The position numbers and the translations under genes were made by a program. A model generated the notes under the pieces. That model saw nothing but the letters and a program-made list of their open reading frames with translations. It was not told the origin of the DNA and did no database searches. DNA of 63,867 nt, the filler included, from Craspedostauros australis (Eukaryota): the NCBI GenBank assembly GCA_030167865.1. It is 12 parts of 12 records of this genome, joined end to end, with 100 filler letters (N's around TTAATTAATTAA, not from the genome) between each part and the next. Parts side by side here need not be neighbours in the genome. Positions count along the whole stretch, not along the records: positions 1 to 16,459 come from JALAGF010002216.1; positions 16,560 to 18,810 come from JALAGF010002220.1; positions 18,911 to 20,164 come from JALAGF010002223.1; positions 20,265 to 37,666 come from JALAGF010002224.1; 8 more parts are not named here. The stretch is one strand, 5' to 3'. Below are positions 14,141-26,744 of this stretch, one piece after another (within the stretch, counting starts at the first letter, position 1; each line of letters begins with the position of its first letter).

Positions 14141-14626
14141 TTACTGGCCACAACCGTTAGAAGACGTTTGAGTAACAAGTTCAAACATGGCAAACCAAAC
14201 ACTCGGATGCGCTTTTTGCGCATCACATGTTCCTCGTTCGAAGACATCTCTGTCTCCAAAGAGTTCTGCGTCAACCAGATCGATGAGTCGATGAGTCGAT
14301 GTCGGGGTCCATGTCCGCAAGAGTAGATCGTAAGACCACAGCCCATCTTCCGTACTCCACAATGGCGACATCTTTAACTGCGAGCAAGCCTCTGACAGAA
14401 CCACCGAGTCGTCCATGCTCCTGATTCGGAATGAACAGAGAACAGAGACCAGAACGAAGTTCAAAACTCCACTCCATGCTGGGTAAGTGCCTCAAGGTGA
14501 TCAAGCTCATCAATGCCAGAGTTTTGTGGAGTGTGTCGCGGAGTGGGCGTTCCTATTTTATCACCCACCTCATCCCAATCTCGTCCTTGCCACATCCAAT
14601 CAATTGGCTTCACTGTTGCCGTTCTG

Positions 14627-15877
14627 CTATTTGGTCTCCAATGATCGAATCTTCTCCAACAGAGAGGACCGGTCCATGTCCTCTTCCAACATCACATCAT
14701 CTCTTTTCTCCAACCATTCATACAGCTCATCGATCCGAAATCGATCAAATTTGTCTCCAGTTGTTTTCGTCAAGTCCTCACAACTTGCACACAGATGAAT
14801 CTCCCTCATCAGCTCAACTGACTCGATCAGTTGACCGGCCTCACGTTGACGCCACACCTCTGTCATATTCTTCCCCACCACCTTGATGCACTCTTCCTTC
14901 AGCACACAGCAGCTGTGTGCATCTGCAAATAACAGAAGGTCGACGCATGAAGTCAGGTGGAGATACTTCGCTGTCAACTTCGTCTCCAGCAAGATCTTGA
15001 GCTTCCAACAACCGAAGTGGTTGGCGACGATCAGCAGATCTTGCAATTGACGTTGGGTCGTGTCATCTGCAAGGAAGGATGTATCATCAGCGTAGATGAA
15101 ACGAAGCATGAATCGGAAATGGTCGGGGTCGATCGTTGGAAACGAGATTGACTTTCCGTCTCCATCTTCCTCCTCGACAGTTGTAGCTTCGTCAAGGATT
15201 GATTTCATGGCTGGTGCTCCTGCTAACACGAATGAGGTGTTGGCCTTGATGTGTTGTTGCTGATCGCCGGAGCCAACAATGAAGGTGATGTCGGCGAGAG
15301 TTCCTGTACGAAGGATCTTGAGCCGTTCTTTGTTGAAACTTAGGGATGGAGTCCAGCGCTTGCCGATGTGTTGAAGGTGATCGAACTTGATGTGAATAGA
15401 CAGAATGTCATCATCGAGTCCATAGTCGAGCACATGGTTCATGGTCGTAACTTTGTCCCATCCCCATGCGCTACTTTTGCCCAAACGATATGTTCTTTCA
15501 CTTGTCGTGTTGGTGGTACCCAACTTGGGAATCGAGGCTGTGTAATTGGCAGAGTACTCTTCACCCAACAACCATGACGCTTCGTCGAGACAAAGATGAA
15601 TCCCAACATAATATCCTTGAGGTGAGTCGGAGTCTTCCTCTGGCTGTGCATCATCTTTTGAGAATTTCAGCTTCAACTTCCATCGAGCACCGCCACACTC
15701 AAAGACAGGAGAGAATTTGTCCGTGTCTCTCTTGTATTTGATCTCAGAGAACTGATGGAACTTCACGACAATCAAGTGTTTCTCATGGTCATCATCGTTG
15801 TCGTCATTCTCTTTCTTTGTTCGCTTGTCGACGTGTACGACCTTCATGGTCTCGTTCTTGTTGAGTGGTTGAGACAT
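14627..15877 (-). CDS. MATH + BTB/POZ (SPOP-like) cullin-3 adaptor
   Basis: MATH motifs SPVFECGGARWKL, YVGIHL and AWGW. BTB motifs ADITFIVG, FRFMLRFIYAD, LLIVANHFGCWKLK and LLLFADAHSCCVLKEEC. Confidence 0.88.
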   Translation of the reverse strand: MSQPLNKNETMKVVHVDKRTKKENDDNDDDHEKHLIVVKFHQFSEIKYKRDTDKFSPVFECGGARWKLKLKFSKDDAQPEEDSDSPQGYYVGIHLCLDEASWLLGEEYSANYTASIPKLGTTNTTSERTYRLGKSSAWGWDKVTTMNHVLDYGLDDDILSIHIKFDHLQHIGKRWTPSLSFNKERLKILRTGTLADITFIVGSGDQQQHIKANTSFVLAGAPAMKSILDEATTVEEEDGDGKSISFPTIDPDHFRFMLRFIYADDTSFLADDTTQRQLQDLLIVANHFGCWKLKILLETKLTAKYLHLTSCVDLLLFADAHSCCVLKEECIKVVGKNMTEVWRQREAGQLIESVELMREIHLCASCEDLTKTTGDKFDRFRIDELYEWLEKRDDVMLEEDMDRSSLLEKIRSLETK

Positions 15878-16209
15878 CGTCGAAGATGATGTGTTTCTGA
15901 AACGAGAATTAGAGAAAGTGAGGTATGGAGGAAGAGACGGATGGTTGGAAGGGGGACAGATGAAGGGTACATGAGCGGTTTGTGAGCAAATTGTGGAATC
16001 TGATACCATGGGAACCGCGGTAAAGACCATATATTGGTCGGTTTGCCGATGGGACTCCGATAGTAGTCCAAGTAATCCGTTGCAACAAATTAGACTATCT
16101 AGAAGGTACTACCGTAGACAACAAATCGTCCTAGTGTGATCATGGTGATTAGAGTTATTCGTTAATAGTGTTATTCTTGTTCGTGTGTTGAGGGGTGGTC
16201 GGGATAGTC

Positions 16210-16459
16210 TCACTCGGTCTCTGTGCTGTCGTCATCGCCCTTTTTCAAGTTCGCAGGTGCTGGTGTGGCTTCGAAATCGCTGTCGCTATCGCTGTCCATG
16301 TGGAGGTCGATCAACACAACCTCACGCTTTCTACGCTTCGTTTTAGCGATGCGCGGTGCGCGGGCGCAGGAGGGAACAGGAGGCGGCACCACAACCGAGA
16401 CGGGGACAGGAGGAACAGCCGCTGGGCTGGAACGGCATGCCATGGCACGGGGAGCACGT
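16210..16459 (-). CDS. Possible 3' fragment of an unknown gene, cut by the contig end
   Basis: Open frame with KRRKR (NLS-like), VVLIDL and an acidic DSDSDSD tract. It has no start and no recognisable domain. Confidence 0.25.
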
Positions 16460-16559
16460 NNNNNNNNNNNNNNNNNNNNNNNNNNNNNNNNNNNNNNNNN
16501 NNNTTAATTAATTAANNNNNNNNNNNNNNNNNNNNNNNNNNNNNNNNNNNNNNNNNNNN
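16460..16559. other. Artificial contig linker
   Basis: N44-TTAATTAATTAA-N44, which gives stops in all six frames. Confidence 0.97.
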
Positions 16560-18810
16560 CGGTCACAACTATATGATCTATATTATGTTTGAGTGCGATG
16601 GTATGGAGGTATGCTTGCGTTTAGTGCTCCCATGGAGGTCGGATTGATATTTGACCACTCGGATCCCCAATTTCGGTGGCAAGTTTGGTCAATTCTGGTT
16701 CCAACGCTTGCGTCATTATGACGTCATGGACGGTTGGGACACTTCTTTGGAACAACTCGACCATGAAAACACGCCAACCAGAAGCCAAAAAACGTCCGTG
16801 AATGATGGGGGTGCTTGATGGATGGCATCAGTGCTCACCGAGAAAGAGAGCAACAGCCACCAAACTTAAGGATGGTATATATAAACACTATTCGATACTA
16901 TAACTTAAATATGAGTACAGGATGGCCCATACGAGCTGAGTGCGGAGAGTTGGACCACGGTTGATGCTGTTTCTGGCCTGTTTTCGTTCGGGACTTACGT
17001 AGAAAATGTACTAGATTCTACAGACCATTTTTCGTGATCCAAAAATCGCCAAAAATCGCCAATGGCGTTGGCTACAGCCGTTTGTTTGAGGCACTATGTC
17101 TCGGCAATTTCCAGGTACTCTGCTGCGAGTGGACATGGCGGGCCTCCTCTGCCTTGGCTCCACATTGAGAAGGGGAGCGGCAGATCGGAGGCAACCTGTT
17201 TGTGCCTCCTTCCTTTCTTGCACTTTCTTTGCAGTTTGGTGTCATGGTTGCTGAGAGAAAACGCACAGTTCGCCGACCTGTACAAGCCCGCCGGTACCTG
17301 TGGATCGTGTTCGTGGTGCAAGAACAGATATCAATGCACAGCGCAGAGTTCAGAGTGCAGAGTGTGGTAGAGTTGTGCACTCGATTGCTGGCAATGCTGC
17401 TACATTGATGTAGTGGTGACAAATCGGCGCAATCAATCGCCCTTCCATCTTCATGCATCCATCCTCCTTTGACACTCCTGTCTTCTGTTCGACAAAATGA
17501 AATGACCTCGCTATGGCCCCACCGCAGCTCACTCCCATCGTCATCATCCTGTCGGTTGGTCCTACCCGCATCTCTTATGCACTTATTTTTGTCAATGCTT
17601 TGGAGGTGGAAGCGCGAAGAACTAAGCACACGTATCAGAGATGAATTGTGAGGTGCCCACAAATCCACAGTTAGCACATGTCACGCACCATAACACGGCT
17701 CCTGCATGTACGTGCGTGCCACGCGAACAACTAATGGGCACGTATGTACTCGCAAGTGCCAATACTCTGTCGGTAAGCAGGCAGGGTGCGTGGTTTCTTA
17801 CCAGCGGAAGATCTCGCAGCCAGACTAACAACGTGGCAGAGCGCTCTGCTCTATCGTCCCCTGCTCCAGTCTTCATTCTGTCCGCTCTGCCGTCCTGCAT
17901 TCCCCATGTCACCGTAGTCGCTGGTGGTTCGTGGACACCATCTGCTTTCGTACAACAAGAGCAGTTGCCGTCCAAGCAATGATCACGAATGTGGTCGTCA
18001 AACGCTAAAAAATCCTCATGGCCCACCATCACACAAGACCTTCCCATCCTCCCAAGACACACAATTTATACACTTCGTTGAAGTTGCTGTGGGACACGCC
18101 TACGAAAGTGCACTCGGTGCCACGGACAGTCCTGCGGCGGAGAATATCACTCCGAGGAGGGACAAAACAGGAAGCAGGAGATTCAGCGGGTGTGCGTGGG
18201 CGCTGCCAGACTATCCGTGTTGTACGAGCCATGGCATGTGTTGGGGTACAAGAGGGGCGCAAAGGTATGCACGGTGTTGTGTGGTGTGGCGTGACACCAT
18301 CTGCGGGGAGTTGAGGGAAATTGACATCCGTGACATATCTCCACCCGTGATTCGACATCTCAGAATCGGATCGAACAATCTCGAATGTTTTGCAACACAA
18401 CACAAATCAGCTGTCTCGATTTCACAAAACTGATTGTTGTTGAGAACTACTACTACTGTTATGTTTGGTGTTGATGTTGGTGCAAGATGCGATTGTGCAC
18501 TGTTTGCACTAGGATGTGGCTTCATTGGGATGGATGGACATGTCATCCTTGGTNATGTCCTTCTGCTTGTGCGCTGCAGCACGTCGAGCACGTCGCACCT
18601 TTTTCTTCGCAATTGGCGTCGCCTTCACCTTCTTGGTATCGCGGACACAAAGAGCAAATGCATACATGACATAGAAAATGGGCATGTCATCGTCATCAGA
18701 ATCATCCTCGAAGACCTTCACAACACGATCAGGGTCTGCTTGAAAATGAAGAAGAGTGATGGGATCGTCATCCTCGCCAACCTTGGCGTACCCGTTTTCA
18801 GGATCCACAA

Positions 18811-18910
18811 NNNNNNNNNNNNNNNNNNNNNNNNNNNNNNNNNNNNNNNNNNNNTTAATTAATTAANNNNNNNNNNNNNNNNNNNNNNNNNNNNNNNNNN
18901 NNNNNNNNNN
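18811..18910. other. Artificial contig linker
   Basis: N44-TTAATTAATTAA-N44. Confidence 0.97.
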
Positions 18911-20164
18911 AGCTGAGCACCAAGTACAAGGACAAGGTCAACAAGGACACCTGGCTCGCCGATAGCAGAGCTTCGTGTCACATGGTCAACTCGGACGCCG
19001 CTCTCTTCAACGTGCGGCACATCAAGTCCTTCGTCCAAGTGGGAGACAGCACGAAGCTGGACTCTCCCAAGATGGGATCCATTCGCTTGAAGGTCAAGCA
19101 GCGAGATAACACTGGCCACATCATCCGGCTCGATGACGTGAAGTACACACCCAAGATGGCGGTGAACCTTTTCTCCACGAACAAGGCTCTGTACAACGGT
19201 TATCAGCTTGGTAACAACGGCATTCTGATGGACATCATCAACGGATCCGGAACAAAGATCGTGTTCGACCGAGTCTTCCCCACGTCCAACGGATTCATCA
19301 CAGGAGTGCAGATGCATCCCATCATGCCAACAGACGACGATAAGGCTTGCACAGTCATCGTCAAGAATCTATCCAAGGAGATCAGCGCGGTGAACTTGCA
19401 TCGAATACTTGGCCACGCGCCACTCGAGATCATGAAGCGGACAGCCGCTCAATACGGATGGAAAATTATCGGCGAGATGCCGGTGTGTCGCGACTGCGCG
19501 GTCGCGAACGCAAGAGTGAAGAACATTCCAAAGACAACCATTCTGAGAGCAACTCGCCGTGGCGAACGTTTCTTCATTGACATTAGTTCCACTAAACACA
19601 TAAGCTTCGGAGATAAACGCTACTGGACTCTGATCGTGGACGACTGCACGGATCACTGCTGGAGTTTCTTTCTCAAGAACAAGAGTGATCAACCAGGATA
19701 CATCAAACGATTCGTCCAGACGATCAAGTCACAGACTGGTGACCAACAGATCATCTTCCGAGGTGACAACAGCGGAGAGAACAAATCCACGAAGGATATT
19801 CTCATCGATGCAGGACTCAACGTGAAATTCGAATTCATGGCATCGAACACGCCGCAACAGAACGGCAGAGTGGAACGCAAGTTCGCGTACCTCTACACCA
19901 AGATCCGCTCCATGCTCAACGGAGCACAACTCGACAAAGAGTATAGGCACGGCTTGTGGGCAGCGGCTGCTAGCACTGCCACCGCCATTGCCAACATCAC
20001 CGTAGCGAAGAACCAGAAGGAGTCACCACATTGACAATTCTTTGGCAACGATCCACCATATGCGGATGCACTCCGCACGTTTGGAGAGGTGGGTGTTGTG
20101 AAGACTACCTATGGCGGGATTACCGCCAAGCTCAAGAATAGAGGAGAAGAGATGGTGTTCATCG
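18911..20164 (+). mobile_element. Ty1/Copia pol fragment (protease, pre-integrase HHCC, integrase), inactivated
   Basis: WLADSRASCHM (protease DSG changed to DSR), LHRILGH...CRDC and FIDIS...VDDCT...RGDNSGEN...PQQNGRVERKF. In-frame TGA at 20032-20034, after which the frame continues LRTFGEVGVV...KLKNRG..MVFI. Confidence 0.93.
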
Positions 20165-20264
20165 NNNNNNNNNNNNNNNNNNNNNNNNNNNNNNNNNNNN
20201 NNNNNNNNTTAATTAATTAANNNNNNNNNNNNNNNNNNNNNNNNNNNNNNNNNNNNNNNNNNNN
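20165..20264. other. Artificial contig linker
   Basis: N44-TTAATTAATTAA-N44. Confidence 0.97.
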
Positions 20265-20474
20265 TCTGTGGATGCTGGTGATCCTTTCGCTGCTGATTGC
20301 GACTGTCGTTGTTACTGGCGACAATGCAGATGAAGATGCAGATGGAGAGGAAGATGGCCTTGGTTCTGAGGAAGATTGATGTTTGTGGTCCTGTTTGATT
20401 GATGTCCGCAATTGTGCTTGATTGCGTTGTTGTTGTTGTTGTTGTTTCTTTCGCCACCACGAACATCTGGTGTC

Positions 20475-20668
20475 CTGAAACGCTCTGCGGTTCACAGGTT
20501 CTCTGTGTAACCTTGGGAGTTGTCAGGTTCTGGTGCGGTCTCTTCGAACCCTGTGTTACTCCCAGTCTTTGTGTTCTGAAACGTTCTGTGGTTCACAGAG
20601 GATCCCATTTCTTCGTTCTTCGAAGTTGTCAGGTTTTGGCGCAACCTCCTCGAACTCTGTGTTGTTCC
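20475..20668. repeat. Imperfect ~100-bp tandem duplication
   Basis: CTGAAACGYTCTGYGGTTCACAG at 20475 and 20576; GTTGTCAGGTTYTGGYGC...TCGAAC at 20519 and 20625. Confidence 0.7.
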
Positions 20669-21240
20669 AAGTGTGACGCCAATAAGAAAACGGCCACGAT
20701 TGATCAATCGCCACATTTGAGTGGAGATCCAGGTTCAAACCCATGCCACCTCCACTCACATGAACATGTTGGCACGAGGATGTTGCGCACAGTGATTGAG
20801 CAGTTGCAACATGTCACGCGAAGTGCCGTGTGTGTTGTGTTGTGCTCTCCTGCGTTGTCCTCTCCTGTGTTGTGCTGTGTTGTGCCATCATCCAGTGTCT
20901 GTACTCGAACAGGTTCATTCTCACGTGTTCGTCAACCAGTGGAACCAGTGCCAAACAGGATAGAGCACAGCAGAACCGAACCCAGGATCGTCCGATTTCG
21001 TTCTGGGTCAGGGAGGAGTCATCCACTCGAGGCGACAGTGCTGGGACCGGGTGCAATACTCGCTCATTTAGAATTCAACTACACCATGCTACACTATACT
21101 CTGCAATCCAATGCAGCTCCATATCTACAAGCACATGGACCAATGCAGCAGAGTACTCCAAACACCCACATCGACTCGTACTGTATCAGTCCACACATTC
21201 CACTCTGTCCACTCTAATCCACTCTGCTCTATTCTATTCC

Positions 21241-21300
21241 ATTCCATTTTACAACATTCCATTCTACGACATTCCATTCTACGACATTCCATTCTACGAC
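21241..21300. repeat. 15-bp tandem repeat ATTCCATTCTACGAC x4
   Basis: One degenerate and three perfect head-to-tail copies directly downstream of the fabI stop codon. Confidence 0.9.
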
Positions 21301-21303
21301 ACT

Positions 21304-22130
21304 CTACAAATCAGAATCCACCGCTGGACCACCAACGATGCTGTACCTGCCATCCACATTGATCGTCTGACCTGTGATGCCCCTCCCACCCATCGACAAG
21401 AATGAAACCATGTCCGCAACCTCATCTGCCGTCACATTGCCCAACGGTGCACGCTCCTGCATCTCCTGTCGCATAGCTCTAAAGTTGGCAATGCCACCCT
21501 TGGCCACCACCGTGTTCATGGGACCCGCGCTGACCGCGTTGACAAGCACAGGTGTTGTCTCCAGTGCCAGACCGCGCACGATGGATTCCAGGCTGGCCTT
21601 GGCCGGTCCCATGACATGATACGATGGGATGGCGCGCACGGCTCCCAAGTACGCCAATGCTGTGATGGTGGAGTGGCGTTCCATGTGAGGTTGTGCATGT
21701 CGTGCCAGTTCGATGAGGGAGTATGCTGAGATGGCATGGGCCTCTTGATACAGTAGTCTTCGAAGGTGGTGTTCAGCAAGGGTCGGTGCAGGTTGTTGGC
21801 AAATGCCACGGAATGCACGATGGCATGCAATGGACGATGGTGTTGTGACACGTGTTGAAAGAGTTTTGGGATATCGTGTTGGACATCGCAAATGAGGCCA
21901 GCCAGTGATGGATGTTTCTGTTGCTGTTGTGTATCATGTTGTTGTTGCTGCTGTTCGATGTGCTTGTGCATCATCCGTTCCACCTTTGCATCGATCTTTT
22001 CATTCTGATACGTGAGGATGACATCGTAGTTGTTGTTGAGGAAGGAGCGAACGCAGCTCCATGCGATGGATCTGGCATTCGCAACCCCCAAGACCCATGC
22101 GAGCGGTCGTTGAGCTTGTTGGATGCTCAT
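21304..22130 (-). pseudogene. fabI: Bacterial-type enoyl-ACP reductase FabI, frameshifted by a 5-nt insertion
   Basis: One frame has GVANARSIAW, CDV and VHSVAFA. Another has AHAISAYSL, YLGAVRAIPSYHVMGPAKASLES, VNAVSAGP and ITGQTINVDG. Removing 5 nt from 21749-21755 gives a continuous 273-aa ORF. Confidence 0.88.
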
Positions 22131-22807
22131 TGTTGTGGTGTGCTCTGCAGCGAGAGTTTCGGATGCAGAGCGACTCTCTCATCTGGAATGCTTCGTGATG
22201 TGGTCTCCATTGGAGCTGATCACGCTTGCAGCCATGTCCAACGCAACTCCGATCTCAGTCACAACCATGAAGATCGCAGAGGTGTTGATGATGTCGATGG
22301 TTTGGTTGGAGCCTGTATGCCGCAAAAGAAAATATGTTCCACCGCAACTCCTTTTATCGATTCGTTCGACTAAAAATATATACTATTAATGGGTATATTG
22401 CCATGAATCCCTCGTTTCACGATTTTGGAATCTTCAGCTCCCGAATCTTCTTCCGGGTCGTTGCCAGGTAGTGCCCGGTACAGAATCTCGCATTGGTTTG
22501 GGAACTACGCCTCATCGCATGGTGTGCCATCAACTATGGCAGTTCGATTCATTGTTGCCGTCGACAAGACCTTGCTTCGTCTACCCACCACGGATACTCT
22601 CTAATAAGAATCGCGTTGCTTGCTTGCTTGTATGGATTGGAATGTTCTTATCTTGGCTTAAACTGTGTGCATGTGTCACGACGCCTCTCCTCCCGTTGCT
22701 CTTTCTATTGTATGGGTATGTATCGTTCGAGGACTGAGATGATATAATACTTTTGATGCATTCCTTGTTGTTGGCCTTCCTCCTTTGTGCATGCCATTGG
22801 CATTTGC

Positions 22808-25090
22808 TTAATACGTCGCCTTGGCTCTCAGAATGACAGCGGCGTTGGTGCGGAAGAAGAGGAACAGCGCGAACATGGACAGCCAGTACCACCATGTGTC
22901 ATCCGGGTCGGTGTTGTTGTTCTCCAACACATCCACACAGAATTCTTCCGCCGCACCAGCCTCGCACGAACCGAATTCGTAGGCGAACATGAGACGGGAG
23001 GCGTAGGTCAGGGAGCACAGGTACTGTGCCCATCGCACGAAGGGTGGAATGAGCTCGATGGCGATGAAGAGTCCGGAGAAGTAGAATTGCGGCACGACGA
23101 TCAGCGTGAACAGGGCCGAGGAATTCTTTGGATCGTCGAACATGGCTCCCAGGTTGATGGCGACGGCGGTCGAGGTCATGGCCAGGGCGTACGAGACGGC
23201 GAAGTATTGTCCGAATCCCATCTGGACGTCCATCATAAAGTAGGTGATGATGCTCTGGATGATCATGGCAGCGAACGTGGTGATCGCTTCGCCCCAGAGA
23301 TGCGAGATGACGTACGGGACGACGGAGTAGTGATCGGTGGAGTATTCGCGCAGGAAGACGGGGCGTTCGAGCGCGAATGTGGCGAGGGCGGTATTGGCTT
23401 GTCCCATCATCGTGGAGATGAGGATGTTGACGAGGCCGCCGAGGATGGAGTTGACGACGGACTGTTGTTCGTTGCGTTAGAATTGCGTTGCGTGTGTGTT
23501 GGTGTGCGTGTGAAGGTGGATGGGAAGTACATGAAGTGTGAGAATATGATTTTTGGTTGTTCATCGTTGGTCGAAGACAGCCAGCATCAAAGGGAAATAC
23601 ATGAATGCACGCATGCTACTTACCGGCGATGTACCACGATCCTTGCCAGCGATGCCCAAAAAGATGACACCGAAGACGAGAGACATGAAGCACGTGATGC
23701 AGACGTTGATGATGAGGGAGGTTGGATTGCGCACCAACGAGATCATCTCTCTGTAGTTGAGCATGTTGAATTCGGTGAGCAGGGAGACGTGCTGACGGTC
23801 CGGCATCACCAATTCCGATTTTGGCTTTTCAATGATGGTCGGCAGCTGCTTGCCGTTGTTGAAGAATCCTGCCACTTCGAGTTCTTCGACTTCATTGAGC
23901 TCCGCGACTTCGATGACGTGATCAGCGGGGTTGGTCTGATTTGGGATTGGGAATCCGCGCGCCGTGAAGTCCATGTCGAGCTCCTTGACCTTGCCCTGGT
24001 ACATGACGCGTCCCTTGTTGAGAAGGAGGAGGTTGTCGAATTTGCAAAAGATGCGGGACGATGGCTGATGGATCGTGAAGAGGACCGTGTTGCCTTGCTT
24101 CGCGACCTGATCCAGCAGCCCCATGACTTGGCTCGCGGCGTGGCTGTCCAGACCCTGTGATTGCAGCGCGTTGATGATTGAGGTCGGCAAGATGGGATGG
24201 AATAGAATTGTTAGATCGCATGTCAATGAGGTGCATCGTGTCCGTCGCAAAATGGAAGGCAAAAACAGAACAATACTGCGCAATCAGTCCATGCAGGATG
24301 GCTCATGGCGATGGCAAGAAGAGCAAGACCGCAAACTCACCGACGTCGGTTCATCGAGAAAAATGATGCTGGGTGACGAGACCAATTCGACTCCAATCGA
24401 CACGCGTCGCTTTTCGCCACCCGAAATTCCCTTCTGGTACTTGCCCCCGATGATGGTGTCGGCGGCGCGTTCCAGTCCCAAATGACCGATGAGCTCATCG
24501 ACCAGCGAGTTGATCTTCTCGTTCGTGGTCGACCGCGGCAACCGCAGCCTCGCGCTGAAGTAGAGCGCCTCGCGCGGCGTCGAACTCTCGTGCAGGGAAT
24601 CGAACTGCGAGACGTACGCGAAGGAGTTGCGGATGGCGACGTTGTTGGGATTGATCTTGACACCGTCCAGGTAGATGTCGTGCTCGATGTTGATCTTGCC
24701 CCTGCTGGAGATGCGCCCGGCCAAGGTGGAGAAGAGGGAGGTCTTGCCGGCTCCGGAGGCGCCCATGATGGCCGTGGTCTGTCCACCCGGCGCGCAGCCC
24801 CAGGCGTTGTTGAGGATGTACTTGTCCACCTGCTTCTTCTTGCCCATGAGCTTCATGGTGACGTTGCGCCAGCTGAGGTCCTGCTGCTTGTCGCATTTGA
24901 ACATGCTGCTTTCCTGCATCATGGCGCTTTTCTCTTTGGTGCTGTCGAACACCAGTTCGGCCTCGTCGCCCAGCTCCAAGTCATTCACGACGTCGGATCC
25001 TGGCTGCTGCTCTTCCGCACCCATTTCGACGCCTTGGACGCTGGTGTCTTGGAGTTCTGTGTCAACTGGTTGTTCTGTGATGAGTGTCAT
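22808..25090 (-). CDS. ABCG (White-type) half transporter, ~644 aa, 3 exons
   Basis: Walker A GASGAGKT, signature ISGGEKRRVSIG, FLDEPTS|GLDS across intron 24340-24155, and TIHQPS. Intron 23623-23462 is followed by an ABC2 membrane domain (ERPVFLRE, FSGLFI..ELIP). Confidence 0.94.
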
Positions 25091-26744
25091 TTTGTCTTTG
25101 GCTTTGTGGTGTGTGTGCGGATTGTCAGGTGTGGGAGCTGGTCAAGTGGTGGGCTCTTGTGTGTCTGTCGTTCTATTCTGTGCTGTTCTGCGAATGTGTG
25201 TGCTTGTAGTGACTTGGTTGGTTGTTGTCTGTGTTGTGGCAGTTGTGATGGTTGTGATGGTTGTTGTCTTCGCTGTGGGAAGTTTTTATGGACACCTCGT
25301 GTCTTTCTCTCTCTCTTTCTCTCTCCATCCACACCACGACCACTGTCGTCTTTCACATCTCTTCCATCCTCCCGTGTCATCTCCTCCCTCCCTTTCTTCT
25401 TCCCATCATCACACACAAGTGTTGTTGGTGCGGTGTCGTCGAAGATCAGCTTCGGTGTTGCTGCGTGGAGCTTCTTGTCGTGGTTGGAGCAACATTGCAT
25501 TGCTCAGCGATGTCACGCACACTTGAGCCATGCTCACTCTTGTGCATGCGTTGTTCGTCAAAGACGGACTGACGTGGGTCATCGAACAGTGCGTTGGACG
25601 TTGATAAATCCATACTTGACATCACTTAACGCCATGCAGACAAGTTGTCACTGTTCTGTGACTCGTGGACTCGCATGATTCCCACATCGTTCTTCTAACA
25701 AACACTCTTGCAAACCGGTGTACCACGTGGTCTTCGTCAACTCTTGTTCAGAATGGTATCTTTGAGGGTACCGGTCATCACATTTGATGGTACTGCGGAA
25801 GTCCTCAATGCGGTTTTTACTTGTTTACTATTACTGAATCGACTGCGATGACCCCAACTCTCGACAAACGTGAATGGTTTGGACCAAACAGCGCCAAAGC
25901 CAACAACAACAACAACGGTGGTGGCTGAAACAAACAACGACAAGAACAACGAGGCAACAGAACAAAGTGAGACACTGCGAGAAGGTAAGGAACAGCGCCA
26001 CCAGCAGCGCCAACAGCAGCAGCCAGCGCCGCAACGGGAAGACCGAGGCAACGCAACGATACCAACATCACCATCTTGTCTGGAAGGTGTGTTGAACGAT
26101 GATGCGTCGCGTGCTTGGGCTTGGCCTTCCTGGGTTGGATGGGGTGACGATGACGACCAGGACTACGACGACGATGATGATGATGACGGGGGCATGGGAG
26201 TGATGATCGTTTGGTGGAGGAGGAGGTGGAGCGTCGTGATGATGTCGATAGGCGGACATTGGAGACCAAGTGGATGTTGTTCATCAACCTGACGGCTTTC
26301 CTGTGTGACGCAGACCAACCGACTACCTAACGTCGACCACGGCACGGCGTCAGCGTTCGTAGACGATGATCGATGTGTGCCAGGAGATGGCGTTTGTTTG
26401 CAGCGAGCACATCACATCAATCCAACAACATCGGAGGACATTTTCTCACACCAACTTGTTGCTCATTTCTGGACTCATGCTCAATCACGTCATGCTGATG
26501 CAACCAACAAACGAACGCTTGGATGGATGGATGTGTGGCTGAATCAATTCATTGATGGACCGTCCCAATCAATACCTTGCGCCACTGGCTGTGCTCGTGC
26601 AATCATGTTGTCCAATCTCGACATGACTTGGTTGGTTGATGGCGCTTCCTGAAACTCTGTCTCAATCCACGATGATGACAACGGCGACAACAACAACAGA
26701 ACACAACGAGTTTTTACACCAACACACAAATATAACTGCACAAA

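Noticed and set aside
16560..18810. ORFs on the 2.2-kb contig
   Set aside because: They are short, overlapping and motif-free. Only a truncated acidic/basic fragment at 18509-18808 looks possibly coding, and it cannot be identified.
21241..21300. 15-bp repeats (and the 21-bp repeats at 43294) as CRISPR arrays
   Set aside because: The units are head-to-tail with no unique spacers, there are no cas genes, and the context is eukaryotic.
21745..21760. fabI frameshift as an intron or programmed frameshift
   Set aside because: Only 5 nt are extra, with no GT-AG pair and no slippery heptamer.
21304..22130. fabI as bacterial contamination
   Set aside because: It lies in the same ungapped contig as spliced diatom genes and has a poly-Q insert typical of the host.
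25817..26292. Low-complexity ORFs between ABCG and RPL23
   Set aside because: They arise from CAA/CAG/GAT triplet runs and are open in several frames on both strands.
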